DNA of 64,000 nt from Omnitrophica bacterium RIFCSPHIGHO2_02_FULL_51_18 (GTDB lineage Bacteria; Omnitrophota; Gorgyraeia; 2-02-FULL-51-18), in contig MHFI01000036.1 of assembly GCA_001804125.1 (NCBI GenBank), positions 23,123 through 87,122 of the forward strand, written 5' to 3'. The notes beneath the pieces are model-generated. The model made no database searches and was not told the origin of the DNA. It saw nothing but the letters and a program-made list of their open reading frames with translations. Made by a program: the position numbers and the translations under genes. Positions 45,946-55,580 of this stretch are shown piece by piece. How positions within the stretch are numbered: the first letter of the stretch is position 1; each line of letters opens with the position of its first letter.

Positions 45946-46904
45946 TCTTCCAGCTGGCTCTTCCGGAGGGCCAGGTTCTGGTCAGCGATATTTTTCAAGT
46001 CGTCCACATTGTACAGGTAGACGTTGTCCAGCTTCTCGATGGCCGCATCCACGTTTCTGGGAACGGCGATGTCAATGATGAAAAGCGGTTTTTCATGCCG
46101 GGCGCGCATCCAGGCGCGCGCCTGTCTTTCCTGAATGAGCACGAACGGAGCCAGCGTGGATGTAATCAAAATGTCGGTCTCCTTGATCCGGCCCTCATAG
46201 GCTTCATAGGAAAGCGCTTCGCCGCCAAGCGCCTGGGCCAGGCCTTCGGCCCTGTCGAGATGACGGTGCGAAACAATCATGGATTTTGCGCCTTTAGAAA
46301 CCATGGCCTTCCCGACTTGGCCGGCCATCTCGCCGGTTCCGATGATCATCACGCGCGCGTTCCGGAGATTTTCGAATATTTTTTCGGCCAGCTCCACCGC
46401 CACGGACGCCACGCTGACTTTTCCGGCTCCGATGTCCGTGTGAGTCCTTAAATTTTTCGCGACTTTAAGCGAGCGCTGGAAGAGGGTGTTCAGCACCTTG
46501 CCGGTCTGGCGGATCTTATGGGCTTCCAGGTAAGCATCCTTCACCTGGCCTAGTATCTCCGTTTCTCCCAGCACCATCGAATCAAGGCCCGAGGCCACGG
46601 AAAAAAGATGCTCCACGGAGTCCGGCTGTTTAAACACATAAAGATTGTTCTCGAAGTCAGCCAGGTCGATGTTCGAATAGTCGCTCAAAAACTTTTTGGC
46701 GCGAACCACGGATTCCTGGTTGTTTCGGCCGACCCCATAGAGTTCCGTGCGGTTGCAGGTGGAAAGGAGCACTCTTTCGTCAAAGATGCGCTCTGCTTCG
46801 AGACGCTTCAAGATATCCGCGGCCTTGTGTTTCGGAATGCTCAAACGCTCGCGGATTTCCAGAGGGGCGGTTTTGTGGTTTAGGCCGAGGACCGTGATCT
46901 CCAT
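45876..46904 (-). CDS. hemA: Glutamyl-tRNA reductase (start taken at MEITVLGL).
   Basis: ITVLGLNHKTAPLEIRERLS. Confidence 0.85.
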   Translation of the reverse strand: MEITVLGLNHKTAPLEIRERLSIPKHKAADILKRLEAERIFDERVLLSTCNRTELYGVGRNNQESVVRAKKFLSDYSNIDLADFENNLYVFKQPDSVEHLFSVASGLDSMVLGETEILGQVKDAYLEAHKIRQTGKVLNTLFQRSLKVAKNLRTHTDIGAGKVSVASVAVELAEKIFENLRNARVMIIGTGEMAGQVGKAMVSKGAKSMIVSHRHLDRAEGLAQALGGEALSYEAYEGRIKETDILITSTLAPFVLIQERQARAWMRARHEKPLFIIDIAVPRNVDAAIEKLDNVYLYNVDDLKNIADQNLALRKSQLEECFRLIHAQTQHFMGWLSKERFV

Positions 46905-46906
46905 GC

Positions 46907-47743
46907 CTAAAATCCCCTGTGAAAACCCGAAGGCGCGTAAATCGAGCTTAGGAGCGTGATGAAGAGGAAAATAAAAATGAACACGGTGCCCATCGCGATT
47001 TTTTGGCCGCGCCGCAAAGCGCTCAAGCGAAACGAAAGAATCGTCCAGTACATGAGGCAGGTCAAAAATGAGAGAGACACTTTTGGGTCTTTCAGGATTT
47101 CCAGAAACTCTTTCATCTGGCGGGCCCATATAAAACCGCTGGCGATGCCGAGCGAAAAAAGAACCACGCCCGCCGATAAAGACACGAAATGCAGACGGTC
47201 CAGCGTGTCAAGCGAAGGAAGCTTTAAAAACGCCGGCCCCGGGTGCTTGGATTTAAGCTGCGCGGACTGCAAGAGATACATCAGCGCTGAGGACACCGAC
47301 ACAATCAAACTCGTGAAACCGCTTAAGATGAGCCCGGTGTGGATCCAGAGCCAGCCCGGCAGGTGCGTCATCAATGCCGCCGGTTGTTTTTGATGGGCCA
47401 GCAGGACCGCTAAAAAGCAAAAAACAAGCACAATAGGCAATGAGAAAAGGAGCAAGAACCGCGTTTTCGCGCGCCATTCGACCGCGAACGAAATGGCGAT
47501 CATCAAAAACGAAACAACCTCGAGGTATTCGGCAAGCGTCGTGATTGAAAAATGGGGATTTTGTATGAAAGAGGATGGCAAGAGCGCCCCGTGGAACAAA
47601 ATGCTTCCGAACACGACAAGCTTTGCGGGCCTGTAAAGCGCCTCGCTTTGGAGCTCAAAGCTTAAAAAATAAAGCACGGCGCCTGCCAAGTACCCGAAAA
47701 AAACCGTTAAGAGAAGATAGGTCGTCATAACAGCCGCTCCCAT
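46907..47743 (-). CDS. Cytochrome c assembly family (CcsA/HemX-like) membrane protein.
   Basis: 8 transmembrane helices, W-rich. Sits upstream of hemA, as hemX does in Firmicutes. Confidence 0.6.
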   Translation of the reverse strand: MGAAVMTTYLLLTVFFGYLAGAVLYFLSFELQSEALYRPAKLVVFGSILFHGALLPSSFIQNPHFSITTLAEYLEVVSFLMIAISFAVEWRAKTRFLLLFSLPIVLVFCFLAVLLAHQKQPAALMTHLPGWLWIHTGLILSGFTSLIVSVSSALMYLLQSAQLKSKHPGPAFLKLPSLDTLDRLHFVSLSAGVVLFSLGIASGFIWARQMKEFLEILKDPKVSLSFLTCLMYWTILSFRLSALRRGQKIAMGTVFIFIFLFITLLSSIYAPSGFHRGF

Positions 47744-48555
47744 CGGCTGAATTCTTTCGGATCCATTTGAAAGCTGTGACGTTTATCGGGGAATTTTCCG
47801 TTTTTGACCTCTTTTGAAAAACGGCTGACGGCTTTTTCAAAAATCAACCGGCCCTCCGCGTATCGTTTTACGTGCAGCGGCTTGAATCGGGTGAAGAGGC
47901 CCACGAGGTCATGAAACACGAGCACCTGCCCGTCGCAAAAACGCCCGGCGCCGATGCCGATGGTCGGAACTTTAAGTGTTTTTGTGATGACCCTGGACAG
48001 AGGGCCGGGGATGCATTCCAATAGAACCGCAAACGCGCCGTGTTTTTCAAAAAAATGCGCTTGCTTGAAAATAGTGAGGGCGCTTTCCGCGCTTTTACCG
48101 CGAACCTTAAAACCTGATTTTGGATCCACGGTCTGCGGGGTCAAGCCCACATGCCCCATGACCGGAATTTTATAACGGACGAGCTTCCTTAAAATTTCGG
48201 GGGTTTTTCTTCCCCATTCGAGCTTCACCGCGTCGCAGCGGGCTTCCTCGATGAACCGCTGGGCCGACTCGAGCGCATGCGCGGCGCCTTTGGTAATTCC
48301 GCTTAAAGGCAGGTCCCCGATAAGTTTTGCGCGCCGGGTGCCGCGCCTTACGGCTTTGGCATGGTGAATCATCTCATCCATCGTGACGCCGGTCGTCGTG
48401 GGGTAGCCCAGCACCACCATTCCCACGGAATCGCCCACCAGCACGAAATCCACTCCCGCCGCATCTAAAATTTCGGCGGTCGGCGTGTCGTAGGCGGTGA
48501 CCATCACCCATTTTTTGTGCCGCTTCTTTTGGCGGATAAACTCTTGGGTATTCAT
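47725..48555 (-). CDS. panB: 3-methyl-2-oxobutanoate hydroxymethyltransferase.
   Basis: WVMVTAYDTPTAEILDAAGVDFVLVGDS. Confidence 0.85.
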   Translation of the reverse strand: MNTQEFIRQKKRHKKWVMVTAYDTPTAEILDAAGVDFVLVGDSVGMVVLGYPTTTGVTMDEMIHHAKAVRRGTRRAKLIGDLPLSGITKGAAHALESAQRFIEEARCDAVKLEWGRKTPEILRKLVRYKIPVMGHVGLTPQTVDPKSGFKVRGKSAESALTIFKQAHFFEKHGAFAVLLECIPGPLSRVITKTLKVPTIGIGAGRFCDGQVLVFHDLVGLFTRFKPLHVKRYAEGRLIFEKAVSRFSKEVKNGKFPDKRHSFQMDPKEFSRWERLL

Positions 48556-48564
48556 CTGGTGGGG

Positions 48565-49443
48565 TTAAGGCTTTATGTTTGAATGACTTACAATATCAGG
48601 AATCAACTCTTCCCAGCCGATGGCCATCAGATGCACTCCCTGGACCTGGGATTTGACGGCTTCAATGATTTCACAGGCGATCCGAACGCACTCTTTTTTG
48701 GGGTCTTGCGTTCCCTCAAGCCTTCTAATCATTTGAGTCGGAATAAAAATACCCGGAATCTTTTCGTTCATAAAGTTGGCCATTTTGGCGGACTTAAGCA
48801 GGAGGGTGCCGGCCAGCACCGGCACTTTAAACCCTTCGGTGTGGTAGCGGTCCATGAACTTTTTAAACCGGCCCAGATCAAAAACACCCTGGGTCTGGAA
48901 AAAATCGGCGCCCCTTTCGATTTTCTTCCGGGTTTTGGCGATTTCAACATCCAGATTATCCACGCAAGGATTCATCGCGGCACCCACCCAAAATTGGGGA
49001 GCGCCGTCCAACCGATGACCCGTCATGTCAAACCCTTCGCCCAGTTTCTTGATGACTGAAATAAAATCGGCGGAGTCCACGTCGAATACAGGTTTTGCTT
49101 CCGGGTGATCGCCGATCGTGATCGGGTCACCGCTCAAAACCAGCACATTGGATATTCCCAACACCGACGCCGACAAAAGGTCGGACTGAAGCGCAATGCG
49201 GTTTTTATCGCGGCAGGTCATTTGCATGATCGGCTCGATGCCAAAATCCTTTAAGAGGTGACAGGCGGCGATCGAGCCCAGTTTCATCAAGGCGCTTTGC
49301 TGGTCCGTAACATTGGCCGCATGCACGTTATTTTTCAGGTAAGCCGCTTGCTTGAAGAACGATTCAAGGCGAGTGCCTTTTGGCGGACCGAGCTCCGCGG
49401 TCACGACAAAACGCGGCCGTTTAAGGGTTTCAGCAAATTCCAT
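48565..49443 (-). CDS. metF: Methylenetetrahydrofolate reductase.
   Basis: MTHFR family pattern. 292 aa. Confidence 0.75.
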   Translation of the reverse strand: MEFAETLKRPRFVVTAELGPPKGTRLESFFKQAAYLKNNVHAANVTDQQSALMKLGSIAACHLLKDFGIEPIMQMTCRDKNRIALQSDLLSASVLGISNVLVLSGDPITIGDHPEAKPVFDVDSADFISVIKKLGEGFDMTGHRLDGAPQFWVGAAMNPCVDNLDVEIAKTRKKIERGADFFQTQGVFDLGRFKKFMDRYHTEGFKVPVLAGTLLLKSAKMANFMNEKIPGIFIPTQMIRRLEGTQDPKKECVRIACEIIEAVKSQVQGVHLMAIGWEELIPDIVSHSNIKP

Positions 49444-50278
49444 TCATGGACTCTCTGATTTTCTGGAGCGTTATCAGGTTTTTAATCAGCATCACGTTGG
49501 TAACGGGTCCGACGCCGCCGGGAACCGGGCTTAAGTACGAGGCCCGCGCCCTGGCCGGCTCAAATTCAATATCGCCGACGAGCTTTCCGGCCACCCTATT
49601 TTCCCCGACATCAATGACCATCGCGCCTTTTTTGATCCATTTCCCCTTGATGATATTGGGTTTGCCGACGACGGCCACGACAATATCCGCCTGGGAGATA
49701 TGGGATTCTATATTTTTTGTCCGGGCATGGCAAACCGTTACGGTGGCCAATCGATCCATGAGCAAAATGGCGGTTGGTTTTCCCACCAGGTCACCGTGGC
49801 CGACGACGACGGCCTTTTTGCCTGCGAGGTTCGGCATTTTGGACTCAATCAGCGCGAGCACCGCATTGGCCGTAGGAGAAAAAACCCCAAAGTGACTTTT
49901 TAAAAACGTGCGCCCTTCCACGTCTTTTAAGATATGAATGTTGCTCAGAACGTTGGTCGGACTGAGGCGCCCGGGCAAGGGGGAAAACACCAGGATGCCG
50001 GTGATCCGGGGACTATCGTTGAGCTTCCTGATTTTTTCGATCACCGCGCTTTCGGACTCATTTTCCGGAAATAGATTGGGCGCCCATCGGATACCCATTT
50101 TTTTCAAGGTCCGGCCCAGATAACTGGAATACAAAACGGTGTCTTTAGCCCGTCCCACCTGAATCGTTGCCAGCGCAAGCTCCCCATGTTCGGCTTTTAT
50201 CTGCCTGATTTGACGTGCCGCCGAGTCTAGGTAGTTTTCGGCGATCGCCTGTCCCTTAAGAAGCTGCGCGCCTGCCAT
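49430..50278 (-). CDS. folD: Bifunctional methylene-THF dehydrogenase/cyclohydrolase.
   Basis: 282 aa FolD pattern. Confidence 0.85.
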   Translation of the reverse strand: MAGAQLLKGQAIAENYLDSAARQIRQIKAEHGELALATIQVGRAKDTVLYSSYLGRTLKKMGIRWAPNLFPENESESAVIEKIRKLNDSPRITGILVFSPLPGRLSPTNVLSNIHILKDVEGRTFLKSHFGVFSPTANAVLALIESKMPNLAGKKAVVVGHGDLVGKPTAILLMDRLATVTVCHARTKNIESHISQADIVVAVVGKPNIIKGKWIKKGAMVIDVGENRVAGKLVGDIEFEPARARASYLSPVPGGVGPVTNVMLIKNLITLQKIRESMNGIC

Positions 50279-50861
50279 ATCCCAAGTCCTTTATAATTTT
50301 ATTTTTGGTGCGAGAACAATCCTTCTCAAGTTTGGCAAGGCAGGCCTCCCCTTTTTCGGCGCAGCGGCGGTCTTGAATGCTTTTCAAGTTTATTTCCGCA
50401 TTCCACCGGCCCGCTCGAAACGCGGCTTCCAGCAAGATGGCCGCTTCGGCCAAATCACTCGCAAGCCAGCGGCCCGTGCGGGGAATCTCACGTTGGGCGG
50501 CGCGAAGCGCTTCGCAGGAAAGCGCGCAGATTTTGAGCGGCACCCGCGCACTTTTTTTTAAAGCATTTTGATAGACCCGGCTCTTTTTGTCTTTTTTCCT
50601 GACTTTTAAAAAATTTAAAAACGCTTTGGCATCTTCGGCGGCAAGCGTTAACAACTCAAGTCGTATTTTTTTTATTTTTTTTAAATGACGCGCAAACTGC
50701 CTATTAAACGCCTTTTTCTGATTGATTCCGGCCGTCATCTCAAGAAGCGCCGTGCCTAGGGCGGCTGTGATTGCCGCCGCGCTCCCCCCTCCGGGAGTCA
50801 TTGAGGATGAGGCGAGGCGGTTTAGGAAACTTTCCAGCGTGTGCTTCGAAAAAGATCTCAA
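50256..50861 (-). CDS. Cyclodeaminase/cyclohydrolase (FTCD C-terminal domain, FchA-like).
   Basis: MTPGGGSAAAITAALGTALLEM. Confidence 0.65.
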   Translation of the reverse strand: MRSFSKHTLESFLNRLASSSMTPGGGSAAAITAALGTALLEMTAGINQKKAFNRQFARHLKKIKKIRLELLTLAAEDAKAFLNFLKVRKKDKKSRVYQNALKKSARVPLKICALSCEALRAAQREIPRTGRWLASDLAEAAILLEAAFRAGRWNAEINLKSIQDRRCAEKGEACLAKLEKDCSRTKNKIIKDLGYGRRAAS

Positions 50862-50863
50862 AC

Positions 50864-52024
50864 CTATTTACCCATTCCGACCCGTTGTGTCTGCTGGAAC
50901 ACTTTTCCTTCGGTACGGATGGAAGGCGCGATAATGAGCTCGGTGAGCTGTAATTCCCTGATACTTTGTGCGCCGACATTGCCCATGCAGGTTTGCAGCG
51001 CACCCATCAGGTTTTGAGTACCGTCGTCCAACCGGGCAGGCCCAAAAAGGATCTCTTCAAGCGTGCCCGTCGTTCCCACGTGGATGCGCGTTCCCCTTGG
51101 AAGATTGGCGTGGGGCGTGGCCATGCCCCAGTGAGTGCCGCCGCCCGGTGCCTCCTTGGCCCGGGCGAACGCCGAACCTACCATCACCGCATCGGAGCCG
51201 CAGGCGAACGCCTTGCAAATATCGCCGCCGGTGCTCATTCCGCCGTCCGCGATGATCGGCACGTATTTTCCGTTTTTTTTGTAGTAGAAATCACGCGCGG
51301 CGGCCGCATCGCAAATCGCGGTGACCTGAGGCACGCCCAACCCCAAAACGCCCCGTGTCGTGCAGGCGGCGCCGGGCCCGATACCGATGAGCAGAGCGGC
51401 CGCGCCGGTGTCCATGAGTTCAAGCGTCGTTTGGTAAGTCACGCAGTTTCCGATGATAACGGGAATTTTCACCCTTTTGCAGAATTTATAGAAATCCAGT
51501 GTCTTGTATTCCGTCGAGAGGTGGCGCACGGTGGTCACGGTGGACTGCACGATAAAAACGTCGCAACCGGCGTCCTGCGCGATTGTTCCGAAGATTTGAG
51601 CGCGCTGCGGGATGCTCGAAACACAGACCACGCCCCCTTTCTTTTTAATCTCCTTGATCCGTCTTGTGACCAGTTTTTCTTGAATGGGCTGCTTGTAAAG
51701 GGCCTGGAGCAGGCGCGTGGATTCCTCAAAGCTGGCGTTGGCTATTTTCTTGAGGACTTCGGAAGGATTTTCATAGCGTGTTTGCACGCCCTCGAGATTT
51801 AAACACGCGATGCCTCCCATTTTGGACATCCGGACGGCAAAATTTACATCGACGACCCCGTCCATCGCGGAGGCGATGATCGGCACGCGGAATTTTTTCT
51901 TCCCCACCTGCCAGGAGGTGTCCACTTCATTCGGGTTGATTGTCACCAAACCAGGCACCAGCGCTATTTCATCAAACCCGTAGCAACGCCGCGCTTTCCT
52001 TCCCCGCCCTAGCCACATTCCCAT
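50864..52024 (-). CDS. IMP dehydrogenase / GMP reductase family protein lacking the CBS pair.
   Basis: IMPDH TIM barrel, catalytic Cys loop, ADGGMSTGGDICKA. Confidence 0.7.
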   Translation of the reverse strand: MGMWLGRGRKARRCYGFDEIALVPGLVTINPNEVDTSWQVGKKKFRVPIIASAMDGVVDVNFAVRMSKMGGIACLNLEGVQTRYENPSEVLKKIANASFEESTRLLQALYKQPIQEKLVTRRIKEIKKKGGVVCVSSIPQRAQIFGTIAQDAGCDVFIVQSTVTTVRHLSTEYKTLDFYKFCKRVKIPVIIGNCVTYQTTLELMDTGAAALLIGIGPGAACTTRGVLGLGVPQVTAICDAAAARDFYYKKNGKYVPIIADGGMSTGGDICKAFACGSDAVMVGSAFARAKEAPGGGTHWGMATPHANLPRGTRIHVGTTGTLEEILFGPARLDDGTQNLMGALQTCMGNVGAQSIRELQLTELIIAPSIRTEGKVFQQTQRVGMGK

Positions 52025-52039
52025 AGATAATCTCTCTCT

Positions 52040-52126
52040 AATGAGATCCTTCGTCGACGCTTGGGCGTCTCCTCAGGATAAATTCGCGCGGGCGACTTGA
52101 CGTCGCTTCGCTCCGTAAGTCGCGCG
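52040..52126. repeat. Copy E: half-copy (GATCCTTCG...CCTCAGGAT) of the double-hairpin repeat plus an adjacent GC hairpin.
   Basis: gatccttcg[tcgacgcttgggcgtc]tcctcaggat, then gcgcgggcgactt...aagtcgcgcgc. Confidence 0.55.
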
Positions 52127-52131
52127 CTCAT

Positions 52132-52620
52132 TTAAAATGATTTTTTGATTTCAGGCCCTGCATCTTCCAGCACAGGCTCCGTGGTGTCCGTCGCGGCGCC
52201 CACAGCCCCGCTCACGACTTGATTCACGGCCGGAATGGGCGCCGTGACGGCCTTGGCAGCCTGTCCGGCGGTTACCAGCACGTCCTGGACCGCTTGTCCG
52301 ACCGCAAACGCCTCGTCTTTCGGCTGGGCGGCCCCGGTCTTCGTGATTTTTGTGATGCGCACATCGCCCTTGGGGTCCACCAACGTAAAATCAACCAGAT
52401 CGTGTCGGTTGATCCCCTTTAAAAGCCCGGGCGAGGTGACTAAAAATTCCGTTTCATTGCCCCCCACAAAACCCTGAATGGGCTTATGCTTGATCGTCAC
52501 GCGGGAATAAACCGGGTCGGAACTGATCACTTCGCCGTTTCCCTCCAGTGTTTCGGCAGAAAACACATAACCGCTTAAGAATAAAGTGGTAAGAGTAAGG
52601 AAAGAGACTGTTTTTTTCAT
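52132..52620 (-). CDS. Secreted small protein, possibly CusF-like (metal-binding OB fold).
   Basis: Signal peptide. VTIKHKPIQGF...TEFLV...GDVRITKI pattern. Confidence 0.35.
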   Translation of the reverse strand: MKKTVSFLTLTTLFLSGYVFSAETLEGNGEVISSDPVYSRVTIKHKPIQGFVGGNETEFLVTSPGLLKGINRHDLVDFTLVDPKGDVRITKITKTGAAQPKDEAFAVGQAVQDVLVTAGQAAKAVTAPIPAVNQVVSGAVGAATDTTEPVLEDAGPEIKKSF

Positions 52621-52674
52621 GAAAAACTCCGTGGTTGAAGCAAGTATTTTATCAGATTAGGTTAAAAAATGACA

Positions 52675-52712
52675 ACAAAAAACCCGGGCTCTCTCGTTGA
52701 AAACCCGGGTTT
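52675..52712 (-). terminator. Rho-independent terminator after groEL.
   Basis: Minus strand: AACCCGGGTT-loop-AGCCCGGGTT followed by TTTTTTG. Confidence 0.65.
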
Positions 52713-52731
52713 CTTTCGTATCTTTTATCTC

Positions 52732-54366
52732 TTAATACATTCCGCCGCCCATTCCGCCCCCCGGAGGCATCGCCGGCATGGCCGACTTATTCTCCTCGGG
52801 AAGATCGGTGATAAGCGACTCCGTCGTCAACAGAAGCGCCGCGATGGAAGCTGCGTTCTGCAAGGCGGTACGGGTCACCTTGGCGGGATCGATAATACCC
52901 GCATCAATCAGGTCTTCGTATTTGTCCTTATCGGCGTTGTAGCCGATATTGCCCGTTTCATTCTTCACTCTGTCCACGACAACGTCGCCGACTGCGCCCG
53001 CGTTGAACGCGATTTGGCGAAGGGGTTCATCAATAGCCCGCTTGACAATCTGGGCGCCGACGAGCTCATCGCCTCTAAGGTCCATCTTTTCGAGCCCCTT
53101 GCTTGAACGAATGAGCGCGACGCCGCCGCCGGCGACAATTCCCTCTTCCACGGCTGCGCGGGTCGCGTGGAGCGCATCTTCAACTCTCGCCTTCTTTTCC
53201 TTCATTTCAGTTTCGGTGGCCGCACCGACATTGATCACAGCTACGCCGCCGGCGAGTTTGGCCAAACGTTCCTGGAGCTTTTCCTTGTCATAATCCGAAT
53301 CGGAGTCTTCGATCTGCTTCTTGATCGTAGCAATGCGGCCGTTGATATCGGCCGTTTTGCCGCCCCCTTGGATGATCGTGGTGTTTTCCTTGTCGATCGT
53401 GACGCGCTTGGCGCGGCCGAGATCTTCGACACGGACGTTCTCAAGCTTGATTCCGAGATCTTCGGTGATCGCTTTGCCGCCCGTAAGCACCGCGATGTCC
53501 CCCAACATCTCTTTGCGGCGGTCCCCGTATCCGGGTGCCTTGACCGCGCAGACTTGGAGCGTGCCGCGTAATTTATTCACGACGAGCGTTGCCAGCGCCT
53601 CCCCTTCGGTGTCTTCGGAGATGATGAGAAGCGGTTTGCCGCCCTTAGCGACCTTTTCAAGGATCGGCAGGAGGTCCTTCATCGAGGAAACCTTCTTTTC
53701 CTGGATCAGGATATAGGCATCCTCAAGCGTTGCTTCCATGCGATCCGGATCCGTCACAAAATACGGTGAAAGATAACCCTGGTCAAACTGCATGCCCTCC
53801 ACGACATCGAGTGTCGTTGCGGTTGATTTGGCTTCTTCCACGGTGATGACGCCGTCTTTTCCGACTTTTTCCATTGCCTGGGCGATCAAATCGCCGATTT
53901 CGCCGTCATTGTTTGCCGCGATTGAGGCGACCTGCGCGATTTCCTTCTTGCCTTTGATGGGCTTGGATAGTTTCTTCAGATTTTCCACAACCTGTTCAAC
54001 CGCCCGCTCAATCCCGCGCTTTAAGGCCATGGGGTTGGCGCCGGCCGTGACGTTCTTCAGGCCCTCGCGGAAGATCGCTTCGGCCAGGACCGTCGCGGTG
54101 GTGGTTCCATCACCGGCATTGTCACTGGTCTTTGTGGCAACTTCTTTGACCATTTCGGCGCCCATATTTTCATAAGGGTCCTTGAGCTCAATTTCCTTGG
54201 CAACGGTCACGCCGTCCTTGGTGATCGTAGGTGAGCCAAATTTCTTATCGATGCAGACGTTGCGGCCCTTGGGCCCCAGCGTCACTTTGACTGCGCGAGT
54301 CAGCTGTTCGACGCCTCGGAGCACCGAGCGGCGTGCTTCATCGCTGTATAGTAGCTGCTTTGCCAT
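52732..54366 (-). CDS. groL: Chaperonin GroEL.
   Basis: 544 aa, C-terminal GGGMGGGMY. Confidence 0.95.
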   Translation of the reverse strand: MAKQLLYSDEARRSVLRGVEQLTRAVKVTLGPKGRNVCIDKKFGSPTITKDGVTVAKEIELKDPYENMGAEMVKEVATKTSDNAGDGTTTATVLAEAIFREGLKNVTAGANPMALKRGIERAVEQVVENLKKLSKPIKGKKEIAQVASIAANNDGEIGDLIAQAMEKVGKDGVITVEEAKSTATTLDVVEGMQFDQGYLSPYFVTDPDRMEATLEDAYILIQEKKVSSMKDLLPILEKVAKGGKPLLIISEDTEGEALATLVVNKLRGTLQVCAVKAPGYGDRRKEMLGDIAVLTGGKAITEDLGIKLENVRVEDLGRAKRVTIDKENTTIIQGGGKTADINGRIATIKKQIEDSDSDYDKEKLQERLAKLAGGVAVINVGAATETEMKEKKARVEDALHATRAAVEEGIVAGGGVALIRSSKGLEKMDLRGDELVGAQIVKRAIDEPLRQIAFNAGAVGDVVVDRVKNETGNIGYNADKDKYEDLIDAGIIDPAKVTRTALQNAASIAALLLTTESLITDLPEENKSAMPAMPPGGGMGGGMY

Positions 54367-54423
54367 TTTTAAACCTCCTCCTAATTAGAATTAGATGAAA
54401 TGTCTATCCGCTTTCCGTCGGGC

Positions 54424-54726
54424 TCATTTAAGAATTGCCAAAATGTCATCTTCTTTGATGATCAGGTAGTCGCCTGCGCCGATTTTGACTTCGGTGCCGG
54501 CATATCTTCCGAAAAGGACCTGGTCATTCACCTTCACTTCAAGCGGAGTCACTTTCCCATCTTCGGCCACACGGCCTTTGCCGATGGCGATCACTTTCCC
54601 GCGCTGTTGCTTCTCTTTGGCTGTGTCCGGAATCACAATGCCCCCGGTTGTTTTCTCTTCAGCTTCAAGCGGCTCCACCAAAACTCTATCGCCTAAAGGC
54701 TGGATCTTTGCGTTGCTCATTCTCAT
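54424..54726 (-). CDS. groS: Co-chaperonin GroES.
   Basis: 100 aa, [10 protein letters not shown]. Confidence 0.95.
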   Translation of the reverse strand: MRMSNAKIQPLGDRVLVEPLEAEEKTTGGIVIPDTAKEKQQRGKVIAIGKGRVAEDGKVTPLEVKVNDQVLFGRYAGTEVKIGAGDYLIIKEDDILAILK

Positions 54727-54749
54727 TCCTCCTGTTCAAAATTGCTTCA

Positions 54750-54776
54750 TTAGCACTCATCTGACTTGAGTGCCAG
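54750..54776. promoter_or_regulatory. CIRCE (HrcA operator) TTAGCACTC-N9-GAGTGCCAG upstream of groES.
   Basis: Matches the consensus TTAGCACTC-N9-GAGTGCTAA with 2 mismatches in one half. Confidence 0.7.
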
Positions 54777-54784
54777 CAGGCTAG

Positions 54785-54812
54785 ATTGTATAGATTACCG
54801 GGATTTTGTCAA
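54785..54812 (-). promoter_or_regulatory. Sigma70-type promoter (TTGACA-16-TACAAT) for groESL.
   Basis: Read on the minus strand, immediately 5' of CIRCE. Confidence 0.55.
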
Positions 54813-55580
54813 GAATTTTTTTGAATTTTTTTGATAGGTCTGATAGGTGAAAAGGATACCCTGAAGGGTCAACATCGGGTCGACTTTATGAATGGAACGG
54901 CAGTAATCAGACATAAACCTGGCGTAACCCCCGGTGGCGATGACCACCGGCTTAAACTGCTCATGTTTTTTGATCTCATCGACGACCCGGTCACAGAGTC
55001 CCCCTATTCCGAAGCTGCAACCGGCCCGGATGCTTTCAACCGTATCGGCGCCCAGGATGCTTTTGGGGTGTAAAAGCCGGGTCTTGGGGAGCAGTGCCGT
55101 CCGCTGGAATAACGCCTCGAGGCTTATTTCAATGCCCGGCGCAATCACACCTCCCAGGTACTCTCCTTTGCGGGAGACCACATCAAATGTGATCGCGGTG
55201 CCGAAATCAATCACAATGGCTTCTTTCTTATATTTTTGGAAGGCGGCCAACGCGTTCATCAGGCGGTCCATGCCGACTTGTTTCGGGTTTTTATATTTAT
55301 TAAGGATCGGCGCTTGAATATCCCTGCCGATTAGCAATGTCCGGAGGCCGAGTTTCTTGGGGATTTCTTTCTTTAAGAAGGAGCCGACCGGCGGCACGAC
55401 GCTGGCTATCACCACCGCGCTTATTTTCTTAAGCGGAAAATGGGCGCGAAGTACACTCAAGACCCGGGTTTTATAATGCCGGGCAGCGACGCGGCGGAAT
55501 TTTACGAGCTTCCTTCCGGAAAAAAAGGCGAATAATACGCTCGTGTTGCCGACGTCGACCGCGAGCAGGTTATTTTTCAT
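54795..55580 (-). CDS. coaX: Type III pantothenate kinase.
   Basis: Start taken at MKNNLLAVDVGNTSV. Confidence 0.8.
   Translation of the reverse strand: MKNNLLAVDVGNTSVLFAFFSGRKLVKFRRVAARHYKTRVLSVLRAHFPLKKISAVVIASVVPPVGSFLKKEIPKKLGLRTLLIGRDIQAPILNKYKNPKQVGMDRLMNALAAFQKYKKEAIVIDFGTAITFDVVSRKGEYLGGVIAPGIEISLEALFQRTALLPKTRLLHPKSILGADTVESIRAGCSFGIGGLCDRVVDEIKKHEQFKPVVIATGGYARFMSDYCRSIHKVDPMLTLQGILFTYQTYQKNSKKFLTKSR

Noticed and set aside
50966-51802. 278-aa and 95-aa plus-strand ORFs opposite the IMPDH-family gene.
   Set aside because: Antisense to a conserved TIM-barrel enzyme gene. Arg/Pro/Ala-rich junk translation.
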